From contig NC_086097.1 in the NCBI RefSeq assembly GCF_963921235.1, forward strand, positions 241,492,001 through 241,556,000: a DNA stretch of 64,000 bases. The letters run 5' to 3'. The notes under the pieces were generated by a model. It saw only the letters and a program-made list of their open reading frames with translations, was not told where the DNA came from and did no database searches. Shown here piece after piece: positions 24,460-37,484 of the stretch; the stretch's first letter is position 1; each line of letters begins with the position of its first letter. The position numbers and the translations under genes were made by a program. The stretch is from Mobula hypostoma. Its lineage: Eukaryota.

Positions 24460-26344
24460 TATTTACAGTATGCAATCACTGACTAAGGTGAGGCTTCAGC
24501 AAATCACCATATCTGGTGGTGGAATATAAACAGCACAAAATCTTGTGTTTTTGCAACATCTGGACATTATTTTCTGAAGCATCAACATTAGCTGGAATTC
24601 AGGAGTCCTGCTCTGCTTGTGAACTTGTCACCACTGAATTTAAAGATGTGTCTTCCAGACACAAATAGAGTCTTCTCCTGCTGATTAAGGGTTAACCATC
24701 GTGTAGTAAGGTTTCTTCAACACGACAACATGGCTGATAAAAGCTTTTCATTAAAATAATTCTCCAAATAAACTGAAATTGTTTTACATATTCAGTAATG
24801 TTGCTACCCCAGGCACTTAAAAGAATAAGAAACCACAAAATAACTGGTAAAAATGTTCTGGAAGTTATTACATTGAGAAGCCCGAGACAAAAAACATTTC
24901 TATTTCCATAAGTTAATCAGAAACATATTTATCATTACTGGGAAACAAAGATACAAAACTCACACTAAAGTAATTTATTTTTAAAAATTAGTAAAATCTG
25001 TGCAACAAAGAAACAAAGAAAACATCTGGTCCTTGGTCACAAAACTTGCTTTGTGCTCAAACAAATCTGTCCTTTTCCTGTCACGATAAACTTCTTAGAT
25101 TTTTTTTTGATTTATAAGTGTCTAAATTAGAAGGATGGTAGGGAAGGAAGATGAAGTGTCTTTTCTACATTCTGCAGGTCCAGATGGAAGGACTTATCCA
25201 TCTGTTTAACACATAAAAAATGCTGAACATGAATGAATAAAGATAATTTATAAGACTAGACATGGCTCGCTGCATCCAAATTTACAATATGTATAATCGT
25301 TAAGCATGAAAAAGCACATTATTTTTAATCCCCCACCAGACTTCCATTTCATTTCATGTTCACACTGATCTTGGTTGCACTTTTCACAGACCAGGTCAAC
25401 TAATCGAGACATGAATTTGTGCCCAAATTTGGACAGAGTATCATCCTGGAGGAATGTGTTACATCATAACAATGACAATCTGACTAAAGCTGGCTATACA
25501 TTGTTCATTTATTCTTTCCTCGTTTACTTAGCATCTGACATTGTTCTCACATGAAATGCAACGCGTGTTTCCCATAAACAGTTTCGCAAATGCAGAGTAG
25601 TGTCAAGATAACACTTGCATGCTCGAACTCCAGGAAACATCTTTGCGCCATGTCCGATGTGAACAATTGATAGATTTCAAGTGATCTTTTGTTCTGTCTT
25701 ATGAGTGAGGAAGATGGACACAAAAGACAGAAATTGCATTTTATATATTCTCTTTTCAAAGGAACATTTTTGTAAAGGAACAATTGAAAGGTTCAGCCCA
25801 GTGGATCATGGGTAAAGCCCTCCCAACCATTCAGCACATCTACATGAAACATTGTCAAAGGAAAGCAGCGTCCATCATCAGAGACCACACCACCCAAGCC
25901 AAGCTCTTTTCTCGCTGCTACCATCAGGCAGAAGACACAGGAGCCTCAGGACTCACACCACCAGGTTCAAAAACAGTTATTACCCCTCAACTATCAGGCT
26001 CTTGAACAAAAGGGATAGCTAACTCATTTAAAGACTATTTTATCTTGTTATTTTATACTTATTATTTATTGTTATTTATTTATTGTCTGCACTGGCACAG
26101 TTTTTTACAGTTTTACAATTTCTGATGTGCACAGTTTACAGTTCACAGTTACTGTTGTATAGATTTGCTAAGTATGCCCGCAGAAATAGTATCTCAGGGT
26201 TTTATGTTGTGACATGTATGTACTCTGATAATAAATTTACTTTGAACTTTGAACTTTATCAAAGTTTGTGTACTTTATACAGCCTTGAGATTCATCTCCT
26301 TACAGGCAGCCATGAAAAAAAGAAACCCAAAGAAGTGGTTTAAT

Positions 26345-26640
26345 ATTGCCTTCTTCTGGTTAGTGTCTTTACAAGACAGGTAAGCTCAGCCATTAGCAAT
26401 ACGCTTCAGAGATTGTCTGCCTGGCATCGGTGAGCATATAACCAGGACCTGTGTTATGCACCAGCCACTCTAACAACCATCCACCATCTGCCCCCCCCAT
26501 GGCTTGACATGACCCTGATCGGGGGGTGGAAGGGAGCTAAGCAGGTGCTACACCTTGCCCAAGGGTGACCTGTAGGCTAGCAGAGGGAAGGAGCACCTTG
26601 CACCTCCTTTGGTAGTGCTGTATCTCCACCCCACCACCCT
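26345..26640 (-). mobile_element. RTE-associated short element, 3'-truncated copy of 37971-38348
   Basis: Reverse-complement similarity over its length. Confidence 0.75.
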
Positions 26641-26649
26641 GTAACAAAA

Positions 26650-27165
26650 TAGTGTACTGTACAAAAGTCTTAGGCACATGTACCGTATATAGCTGGGATC
26701 CCTAAGACTTTTGCACAGTACTGTATTTGTCAACGTGGAGCAGAGAGCGAGTTTGTAAATCTAGCGGGAGCAAAGTGCGTTGGGAAAGGTGAGTGTGGCA
26801 GAGTAGAAGAGCCAGGATTGGGGGGTCGGGGGGGGGGGTGCGGCACAGGTGCAGACACACCCAGGCAACAATTGGTTTATTGATCATTACAGGATGTCTT
26901 TCTGGTGCCTCCCACACCCTCACCTCTCCCTTCCCCTTTTCCCAAATATGATTCCCCTCTCTCTGCCCCCTTCCCACTCACAGTTCGCAATAGAGACCCA
27001 TATCAGAATCAGGTTCATCATCACTCACATATGTCATAACATTTGTTATTTTTTGCTGCAACAACAGTACAGTGCAATACATAAAATAACTACAGTACTG
27101 GGCAAAAGTCTCAGGCACCCTAGCTATATATATATATGTGCCCATGACTTCTGCACAGTACTGTA
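26650..27165. mobile_element. Composite Tc1-type non-autonomous element, copy 2
   Basis: About 76-bp units at 26650-26725 and 27091-27165 are mutual reverse complements and each is internally palindromic (TACTGTGCAAAAGTCTTAGG-type arms); TA at both ends. Confidence 0.8.
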
Positions 27166-27492
27166 GAACATACAGCATTACAGCACAGTACAAGCCCTTC
27201 ACAACAGTTCATTCAAATGTCATGTTTAATTAACTCCAAAAATATTTTTCCCCTCAGTTCATCTTTCCTTGGCCACCATTTTCTGTATTTCAACTGAGAA
27301 GACAGCTGTGGCATTATCCTCAGGGACGTGCCAATGACCCACTGCATTCACCATCTGGAGGTGCTCCCAACCTAACTGGGACTACCTGTCTTTAACCGTA
27401 CCTCTGTGGAAAGAATCCTCTGTTTCCTGCCCCCCACGACAGTTCAACAAGCATCAGGCTGCTCGGCAAAACCAGAACACCATGGAGCGTAC

Positions 27493-30382
27493 CCAGTTTG
27501 GGAGAGGGGAAGGGAACCAGAGCGATAGGGCTGAGGATGGGGCACTTGGTGTACAAGTAGATGAAGTGTGTCGTGAGACTGTGAGGAAGGACAGGCAGAT
27601 GATAGGGAAAAATTATAGTCAGTCAGATGAGTTAAAGTTTAACGGGCGGCCAAAATCAAGAAGATGAATACAGAAATGAAGGTGTTATATTTGAATGCAC
27701 ACGGCATAGGGAACAAGGTAGATGGTCTTGCAGCGCATTTAGAGATCGGCAGGTATGAAGTTGAGGGCATCTCTGAGTAATGGCTAAAAGAAGATTATAT
27801 TTGGGAGCTTCACATCCAAGGATACACACATTGTATCAGAGGCTGTGGTGTCACTTGGATGGTAAAAGATTAAATCAAATCCTTAGAAAGAGGTAACATG
27901 GGATTAGTCTCCAAACAGCAGCCAGGATGTGGCCTACAAATTACAACAGGAGACAGAAAACACAGGTAAAAAGGGCGATGCTGGGACAATAATGAGGAAT
28001 TTCAATATGCAGTTAGGTTGGGAAAATCCGGTTTGGTACTGGATTCCAAGAAAGGCTATTTATAGGATGCCTATAAGTGGCCTGTTTCGAGCAGCTTGCA
28101 GTTGAGTCCACTTAGTGAAAAGGCAATTCAGGATTGGGCGTTGTGTGATGATCCAGATCTGATTAGGGAGCTTTAAGGTCAAGGAACCCTTAGGAAGCAG
28201 TGATCATAATATGATCGATTTCACCCTGCAGTTTGAAAGGGAGAAGCTAAAATCAGAAATATCAATATTACAGTTGAGTAAAAGGAATTACAGAGGCATG
28301 AAATGGAGCTGGCCAAAGTTGCTTGGAAGCGGAAGACTGGCAGGGATGACGGCAGGACTGCAATGGCTGGTGTTTATGTGGGAAATTTGGAAGACTCAGG
28401 ATAGATACATCCCAAAGATGAAGAAGTACAGTATTCTAAAGGGAGGATGAGGCAAAAGTGGCTGACAAGGAAAGTCAAAGTCAAAGCAAAAGACCGGGCA
28501 TAAAATATAGCAAAATAATACTGGGAATGTAGAGGATTGGGAAGCTTTTAAAAACCAAAAGAAAAAAAACTGAAAAAACCATTAAGAGAGAAAAGATGAA
28601 ATGTGAAGGTAAGCTCGCCAATAATATAAGAGAGGATACAAGAAGTTTTTCAGATATATAAAGAGTATGAGAGTGGATATCAGACCGCAGGAAAATGATG
28701 CTGGAGAGGTAGTAATGGAGGTCAAGGTAATGGCAGAAGAACGTAATAACTATTGTGCATTCGTCTTCACTGTGGAAGACACTAGCAGTATGCCAGTAAT
28801 TTGAGAGTCTCAGGGAGCAGAAGTGAGTGTTGTTGCTATTACAAAGGAGAATGTGCTTGTGACGCTGAAAGATCTGAAGGTAGATAAGTCACCTGGACCA
28901 GATGGACTACGTCCCAGGGTTCTGAAAGAGGTAGCTGAAGAGATAGTGGAGACATTAGTAATGAAGTTTCACCAATCACTAGATTCCGGATAGTTCTGAG
29001 GACTGGAAAATTGAAAATGTCACTCTTTAAGAAGGGAAAGAGACAGAAAAAAAGAAATTATAAGCCTGACTTCAGTGGTTGGGAAGATGTTGGAGTTTAT
29101 TATTAAGGATGAGGTTTCAGGTTACTTAGATACACATGATAAAATAGGTCAAAAACAGTATGGTTTTCTAAAGGGGAAATCTTGCCTGACAAATCTTTTG
29201 GAATTTTGTTTTGAGTTTTCAGAAGGCCTTTGACAAGAGCCGCACACGAAGCTGCTTGACAAGATAAGAACCCAGGGTATGACAGGAAAGAGACCAGCAT
29301 GGAATGAGATTGGCTGACTGGCAGGAGGCAAAGGGTAGGAATAAAGGGAGCCTTTTCTGGTTGGTTGCTGGTGACTAGTGGTATTCCACAGGGGTCGGTG
29401 TTGGAACCGCTTCTTTTTAAATTTTGTGTCAATAACTTGGATGACAGAATTGTGGCCAAGTTTGCAGACAAAACAAAGATAGGTGGAGGGGCAGGTAGTG
29501 TTAAGAAAGCAGGGAGACTGCAGAAAGACTTAGGCAGATTGGGAGAATGGGCAAAGAAGTGGCAGATGGAACATAGTGCAGGGAAGTGCATGGTCATGCA
29601 CTTTGGCAGAAAGGATAAAGGTGTGGACTATTTTCTAAATGGGGAGAAAATTCAAGAATCTGAGGTGAAAAGAGACTTGGGAGTCCTGGTCCAGGATTCT
29701 CTAAAGGTTAACCTGCAGGTTGAGTCAGTGTAAGTAAGGCAGGTGCAATGTTAGCATTCATTTCAAGTGGACTAGAATATAAAAGCAAGGATGTAATGCT
29801 GAGGTTTATAAGGCATTGGCCTCTGCACCAATTGTGAGTAGTTTTGTGCCCATTATTGAAGGAAAGATGTGCTGGCATTGGACTGGATCCAGAGGAGGTT
29901 TATGAAAATGATTCTGGGAATGACAAGGCTTAACATATGAGGAACATTTTTTGGCTCTGGGCCTGTACTCGCTGGAGAGTAGAAGAATGATGGGGGATCT
30001 CAATGAAACGTATCAAACATTGAAAGGCCTAGATAGAGTGGATGTGGAGAGGATGTTTCCTATAGTGGGGGAATCTAGGACCAGAGGGCACAGGCTCAAA
30101 ATTGAAGGATGTCCACTTAGAAAAGAGATGAAGAAAAATTCCTTTATCCAGGGAGTAGTGGATCAATGGAATTCGTTGCACACAGACAGCTCTGTAGGCC
30201 AAGTCATTGGGTATATTTAAGGTGGAGGTTGACAGGTTCTTGATTAATCAGGGTGTCAAAGGTTAGGGGGAGAAGGCAGGAGAAAAGGTTTGAGAGGGTA
30301 CAGGAAATCAGCCATAATGGAATGGTAGAGCACACTTGATGGGCCAAATTGCCAAATTCTGCTCCTCTGCCTATGGTCTTAT
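27493..30382 (+). mobile_element. CR1 LINE, near full-length ORF2 plus 3' UTR, heavily frameshifted
   Basis: YLNA endonuclease start near 27690; GSSDHN, GIPQGSVLEP, KFADKTK; CTATGGTCTT tail. Confidence 0.92.
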
Positions 30383-30394
30383 TAATACAGGACT

Positions 30395-31160
30395 ACTATA
30401 CTGATGAACGTGGTACACAGTCTGTAATACACAGGGTCTGTATACTAAGTACATCATGCAAACAGCACGAAGTGAGCATATAGCACACAGAATACGAATC
30501 ATCAAACCGCAAAGTCCCCAGGAGTGACAGCCACCAAGCCAGTTCAGCTCAGCGCTCTGTCGAAGACTGCAGGCCTCAGCTGCAGAGCCAGTTCCATGCC
30601 GAATCGTGCAAACAGCATAAAAGAATAACCAGAAACGTATGGCAACAACCACAGAATCCTCCAAAAATGAGTCCACAACTGCGGAGTGCGCTCAGCGCTG
30701 AGAATATTAAACATCAAACCGCAGGGTTCTCCAATAAAGAATCGCACAGCCACGAGGCGATTGAACCAGCACCTTCCTCTGGCAGCAGCGAGAGGAAAAT
30801 CGTTCACATGTAAGGAGACAGTGCTGAATTCCCACTCTTCTTCCACTCTCGACCCCGTCAATTTCAATCTTGCTCGACACCTTAATTGGGGAGAAGCCAC
30901 GGAGCCAACAATGGTTTGCATTCCATCATAAGGAAACAATGGCCACGCCCTCCGCTCTCAACCTTATTGAATTCCAAAAGGGATAGCAAAAGCACCAGAT
31001 CGCTCAGTCAGCACCAAAATACATCGTCAACATGGAAATTACAGTTTGCAATTGATCGCAGTACAGAAGAACAAGTGTATTTAAAAGAAGATGAAGTCGC
31101 TTTGTGAGCTGCCTGCAGGATGTCGCCATCAGTCGTGATGGTCGCTGGCACCATCTTGTC
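30395..31160 (-). mobile_element. Probable LINE 5'-UTR-like or non-autonomous element starting CAAGATGG
   Basis: Minus strand starts CAAGATGGTGCC..GATGGCG; CpG-richer than flanks; internal repeats; family not identified. Confidence 0.4.
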
Positions 31161-31275
31161 AGTTGTATCGGTCAGCCACAAGTTGCTCCAGAATGTGTGG
31201 CTTTACTGGCAAATTGCTGAGGCTAGGGAGTAAAGTCTGCTGAGCATCACAACAACAGTCTAATGATTAGAGATA

Positions 31276-31317
31276 GGATTGGATTGGATTGGACAGGGTT
31301 GGACTGGATTGGATTGG
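31276..31317 (+). repeat. (GGATT)n imperfect microsatellite
   Basis: Direct reading. Confidence 0.9.
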
Positions 31318-31939
31318 TTTATTCTTGTAAAGTGAGAAGCTTGCCTTGCTTTGCCCCATCAGTGAAATATTCCCACGACCAATGGGCTCACTTTCAAGGA
31401 CTCTTCATCTCATACTTATTGCTTATTTATTTATTTATTATTATTATTTCTTTCTTTTCTATTTACACAGCTTGTTGACTTCTGCACTCTAGTTGAACGC
31501 CCAAGTTGGGTGGTCTTTCTTTGATTCTATTACAGTTATTATTCTATAGTTTTATTGAGTACACCCACAAGAAATGAATCTCAGGGTTCTGTATGGTAAC
31601 ATCTCTGTACTTTGATAATAAATTTACTTTGGACTTTACTTGTTGTTCATACAAATCAATTCATCGCACAGTACAGTGAGGTAGTACAGGGTAAAACAAT
31701 AACAGATGTAAAATGAAGTGTAACATCTACAGAGAAGAGAAAATGATCGCCCCAATGGTGTAATGGCCAACAATCTATAATAGCTACACTTAAATTCTAA
31801 AAGGGACATGTGAGCTATAATGATCCTGAATCATCTGAGTAATCATGTTGACATTGTCTAAACTCCTTAATAGTTACCGACCCCCATAGTTACATAGACC
31901 CATCACTTTACATATTTTTTAAACTTCATGTTGGGTTTA

Positions 31940-32485
31940 AAACAAGGATGCAATGGTGAGGCTTTGTAAAGCACTGGTCAGACGACACTTGGAGTATTTT
32001 AAGCAGTTTCTGGCCCCTTATGTAAGAATGCTTTGGAGAGAGTCCAGAGGAGGTTCAGGAGAATTATTCCAGGAATTAAAGGGTTAACGTGCATGGAACG
32101 TTTGATGGTCCTAGGCCTGTACTCGCCGGAGTTTAGAAGAATGAGGGAGGATCTCATTGAAGCCTACCAAATAATGAAAGGTCAAGATACAGTGGACATA
32201 AAGAGGATGCCTCCTATAGTGTGGGGTTCTAAGAGCAGAGGGCACATCCTCAGATTAGAAGGATGTCCCTTTAGAAGAGACATGAGAAGGAACTTCTGTG
32301 GAATTCATTGCCATGGATGGATTGAAGTGGAGGTTGATAGGTTCCTGATTAATCAGGGAATTAAAGGTTATGGGAGAAGGCAGGAGAATGGGTTTGAGAG
32401 GGATAATAAATCAGCCATGATGGAATGGTGGAGCAGACTCAATAGGCTGAATGGCCTAATTCTGCTCCTACATTTTATGGTCTTT
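31940..32485 (+). mobile_element. CR1 LINE 3' fragment
   Basis: ERVQRRFRRIIPG..LGLYSPEFRRMREDLIE. Confidence 0.9.
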
Positions 32486-32519
32486 TGTTCATAATGATTA
32501 GCGGTGGGCACAAAAATCA

Positions 32520-33428
32520 GAAGTTCAAAGTTCAAAGCCAAGTTTATTATCAGAGTACGTACACGCCACCACATACAACCCTGAAATTCTTTTTCTGCGT
32601 ACAAACTTAGCAAATCTACAGAACAGTAACTGTAAAATGCAAACACCAGGACAGTAAATGGTAAACAAACTGTGCAAATGCAGATATAAATAAATAGTAA
32701 TAAATAATGAGCATGAAATAGCAATATATAAGAGTCCTTAAATGAGTGTAGCTATCCCCTTTTGTTCAAGAACCTGATGGTTGAAGGATAGTAACTGTTC
32801 TTGTGCCTGGTGGTGTTCCTGTACCTTCTACCTGGTGGCAGCAGCGAGAAAAGAGTGTGGTCTAGTTGGTGAGGACCTTTAATGATGGATGCTACTTTTC
32901 TACAGCAACGTTTCATGTAGATGTGCTCAATGGTTGGGAGTGTTTTACCCACGATGTACTGGGCCAACCCCACTACCTTTTGCAGGATTTTCCAGTCGAA
33001 GGCACTGGTGTTCCCATACCAGGCTGTAGTGTAGCCAGTCAGCACATTTTCCGCCACACATCTATAGAAGTTTGCCAAGGTTTTTAATGACATGCTGAAG
33101 CTCCACAGGTCCCTGAAGAAGTAGAGATGCTGCTGTGCTTTATTCACAATAATATTTATATAGTGGGTCCAGGACAGGTCCTCTGAGAGAGTGATACCCA
33201 GGAATTTAAAGTTACTGACCCCCTCCACCTCTGATCCTCTGATAATTGCTGGCTCATTGACCTCTGGTTTCCCTCTCCTGAAGCCTACAGTCAGTTCCTT
33301 GGTCTTATTGACATTGAGTGAGAGGCTGTTGTTATTACAACACTCAGCCAAGTATTCAATCTCCCTCCTGAATGCTGATCCATCGCCCACTTTGATACAA
33401 CCCACGGCAGTGGGTGTCCTCAGCAAAT
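32520..33428 (-). mobile_element. Rex1/Babar LINE 3' part
   Basis: LSLNVNKTKEL..FKFLGITLSEDLSWT..KAQQHLYF..NSYYPSTIRFLN plus TTTGAAC tail. Confidence 0.9.
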
Positions 33429-33979
33429 CAGTGTCTCCTGTTTCCAAAAGAGCACCATAAGGACAGAATTTGAATCTAAAATCTGAGCTGATGCTGGCAT
33501 TAAAATATTGAAACTGCAAAGTAAAAATATTTTGAAACCAGGAGGTAATTCAGCTCAAGAGAAAACTCGAAAGCCTCTCTTGCAGAATCTGAATATTCTA
33601 TCCAGGACAATGGAATGCAGTCTCTTCAGATCACTACACAGATTTAAAACGCAAGAAAGAACATACTCTCCTTCTGGGGCCTTGTGTTGCCTAGGAGAGA
33701 TATGTTCAAATGTAAGTACATTTCTTTTAAGGTGAATAGATCATTACTCAGGCCTGACACTAAAAAGAACTAATAAAGAGGAAAAAGTCCCAGTATTATA
33801 ACATTTTAAGTTAAAAACCATATGGAAAATGCTGCAGCATATTCTTTTGGGTTTAAAGCAGGTGCCCATAAGATCACAATTGTGCTCAACTAACCCCTTT
33901 CCCCATTTTCAAGTAGTGTGCAAATCTCTGATAATCTGCTCTCCTGCTATTCCGATATCCCAATGGTTCAGCATTTCAT

Positions 33980-34730
33980 CAAAGAACATGAAACATTACA
34001 GCACAGTACAGGCCACTTGGCTCATACTGTTGTGCTGACTTATTAACCTACACTAAAATCAGTCTAACCCTTCCCTCACACATGGTCATCCATTTTTCTA
34101 TCATCCATGTGCCTAGCTCAGAGTTTATTAAATGAACCTAACGTACAAAGGTTCATATATTCAAAGGTCTTTTTTTTTCAATGTATGTATGCAGAATACA
34201 ACTCCGAGATCTGTCTTCTCCAGATAGCCATAAAATACAGAAAACCAAAGAAAGGCATCAATACTTCCCCCCCCCCGCATGAAAAGTAAATGAAACAAAA
34301 ACTCGCAAACCCCAAATCCCCCAGCCTCGACCACCACCCCTGGAAGGGTGCTCCACACACCCACCACTACTATGTAAAAACTTATCTCTGACAGCACCCC
34401 TATACTTTCCTCCAATCATCATATTGTTCCCCCAATTCTGCCCTGGGAAAAATTCTCTGGCTACTCGCTCAATCTATACCTCTTACTACTTTATATTCCA
34501 TACCTCAATCAGTCACCTCTCATCCTCCTTCCCACCAAAGAGAAAAGCCCTAGCTCGTTCAGCCTTTCCATATAAGACATGCTCTCTAATCCAGGCAGCA
34601 TCCTGGTAAACCTCCTCTGCACCCTCCCTAAAGGTTCCACGTCCTTCCTATAATGAGGTGACCAGAACTGAACGCGGTGCTCCAAGTGTGGTCTAACCAG
34701 GGACTTACAGAGCTGTGGAGCATCAGTTCC
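33980..34730 (-). mobile_element. CR1 3' fragment interrupted by a Rex1-type tail (about 34145-34330)
   Basis: Minus strand CCACACTTGGAGCACCGCGTTCAGTTCTGGTCACC (RPHLE..QFWSP). Confidence 0.8.
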
Positions 34731-35284
34731 GTTTTACTCACTGGGGCCCTGGTTCACACCGTCCCTCTCAACTTACCGGGTGCCAATTTTCAGTCTCCTT
34801 CTCCACACTCTCTGGGGCATTGGCCGCCATGTCCTATAGGCACTCACTGGGGAAAATAGCTTTTTCCCCAGAGCTGTAATTGCTCTGAACCAATCGATCA
34901 AGCATCATCCATAAATTGGTTAAATTGCTACTTTAATACCAGTTTTATGGCTGTCATTCATCTGAGTTGCATTTTATGTACTGCTGGACGTTGCTTGTAC
35001 TGGCTGGTTACTTGATTTTATTTATTGTTTATTTATTTTATTTGTTGTCTTATAGCATTGAGTATGAGAGTTGCAAACTCATTTTCACTGTATTGGTGTA
35101 TGACAAATTGTACTATGCAGTGACAATAAAGATATTTCTATTTCTGCTTCTTTGTTTCCACAGTCATCTACCACTCATGGGGGCCCTGGTTGCCATGTTC
35201 CCATTTCCATTCACCAGGATCCAGTTCCTGTGCTCCCAACTCTGCTCACCAGGGCTTTGAGTCCTGCACTTGTCGGGCTTCACT

Positions 35285-36045
35285 GGAGAAAACATAAGAG
35301 ATACTGGAAATCCAGAGGATTGCACACAAAATCCAATGGTCCGTTCTCCTCTCCTATCAGATTCCTTCTTCCTCAGCCCTTTCCCTCTTCCATCTATCAC
35401 CTCCCAGCTTCTCACTTTATTCCTTGTCCCCCATCCACCCACCTTCCCTGACATCTGGGTTCACCTATCGCCAACCTGTCCTCTTCCCACCTTCTTATTC
35501 TGGCTTCTGTCCCTCTTCCTTTCCAATCCTGCTGAAGGGTCTCAGCCCAAAACATTGAACATTTATTCCTCTAAGTAGCTGCTGACAGACCTGCTGATTT
35601 CTTATAATGCTATGCAACAACCTGAAAAAAAAATGTGAATTAGAATTGAACCATAAGCAAGAGAAGTCTGCAGATGCTGGGAATCCAAAGCTACACACAC
35701 AAAGTCCTGGAGGAACTCAAGGTGGTCTAATGGAAATGAATAAACAGTTGACATTTCGGGCCAAGACACTTCTTCGGGACTGGAAAGGAAAGGGGAAGAT
35801 GCCAGAATAAAAATGCAGAGGGAGGGGAAGGAGAATAACTGGAAGGTGATAGGTGAAGTCAGGTGGGTTTGGAAAGGTAAATGACGAGAGAAAAAGGAAC
35901 CTGATGGGAGAGGAGAGTAGACTGTAGGAGAAAGGGAAGGAGGAGAGAAACCAGGGGCAGGTGATAGGCAAGTGAGAAAAGGTAAAAAACCAAAGTGGGG
36001 AATAGAGAAAGAGGGGAGGGGGACGGATTTTTTTTGCCAGGAGGA
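35285..36045. mobile_element. Two Penelope 3'/pLTR remnants in opposite orientation (35330-35600 +, 35655-36045 -)
   Basis: Purine/pyrimidine-skewed tract as in 7900-8170; degenerate hammerhead motifs near 35527-35560 and 35745-35783. Confidence 0.75.
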
Positions 36046-36384
36046 GAAGTGCGTTTTGTTATTCATAGAAATCTTATCCAATAGTCCAGGAAATCTATCA
36101 GTTCAGCTCTATCAAAACACCAAACATGCCAGATTGTTGGAATTCTGCTGTATTTTTGGATATTTCTGCAAAATTGAGGGCACTGTTGAAAGAAATTTCA
36201 GAAAAATTGCTAGAAATACTGGAAAAACAGGCTATTCTCTTATTAGGAAGATTTGGTCAAATTACATGCCTGATATTTCAGAATCACTGACATATCTCAT
36301 GACATTTGTTGTTTTGTGGCAGCAGTGTAGTACAATACATAAAATAGGCTATAAATTACAATGTATAGATATATTCACATATAC

Positions 36385-36705
36385 GTCCTCCAAGAGGACC
36401 ACAACCTTGTCGTGGTTTGGAGGCTTGTGTGCCGGCTTTATGCTTTGGCTCTTGGTAGGGTCACCCATGCCAAACAGGTCAAAGGGTAGAGGTCAGACTA
36501 AGAGTTGCCCACCAGTCCTCCAGGTCCAGGGGCTCAACAAGGCTGACTGGTCAAAGAAAACCGTGACGAAACGAGCAAATGAAGAATCCTTCGACGTCAG
36601 AGTGTGATGGTATTCCTGAGTCTCCACCTAGAACTTGCATGACTGACAGTAATGTAAACAGAGCTACTGACATGACAAAGACGGTGGAACTTCAATGCTG
36701 CTGTA
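36385..36705 (+). mobile_element. RTE 5'-UTR-derived short element with HDV-like fold
   Basis: Family shared with 797-1040; stems listed in findings. Confidence 0.65.
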
Positions 36706-37484
36706 TGGACAGATAGGTAGATAGATATATATATACGCATAGATAGATAGACAGGTAATTATACATACAGTATAAAATGTGTAAAATACTGAGGTAGTGT
36801 TCATGGGTTCAATGTCCATTCAGAAATCTGATGACAGAGGGGAAGGAGCTGTTCCCAAAACATTGAGTGTGAGTTTTCTGGCTACGGTACCTCCTAACAA
36901 GAGGGCCTCTGTCCTTGACGTTGGTGGCGAGGCTACTGCCCATGTTGGAGATGGCTGAGTTTACAATCGTCTGCAGCTTATTCTGATCCTGTGTGGTGTC
37001 CCCTCCATACCAGCAATGATACCCACCAGTTCAATTGCCCTCCACAGTACATCTGCAGAAATCTGCCAGAAGCTGAGGCTTCATACAGAATATCACGTTA
37101 GGAAGAAATATTCTTAGCTACGTTTAAGCAGGATCTATCTTGGTTATTGTAACTGCCTTGTTGTGATTTATCTTTCAGCTGTCTGTGGATGTAAATACAG
37201 AACAGTATCACTGTCAAATTGATTTACATTGGCAGATCCCGAAGGAGAGAAAATACTTTGTGGTTTAGCACCCAGAAATGGAAACTAAAAAGGTTCCAGG
37301 TTTGATTCCTTGCATTTGTTCTGAGTCAGCCACATGGTAGGAAGTTGAAACAGTAAATTCTGAAAAGTTTGCAGCTCCTAGTTAATATTCAGTGGTCTTT
37401 TACACTGAAATTAATCACACTCAACAAATAATTCCATTGTTGTATTATTTTATTATATCTGGTCAGGTCACTGGTCTGAGTGCT

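Noticed and set aside
35972..36607. 211-aa ORF as a host gene
   Set aside because: It runs across Penelope, unique, Rex1-tail and RTE-UTR sequence with no recognisable domain; a chance frame
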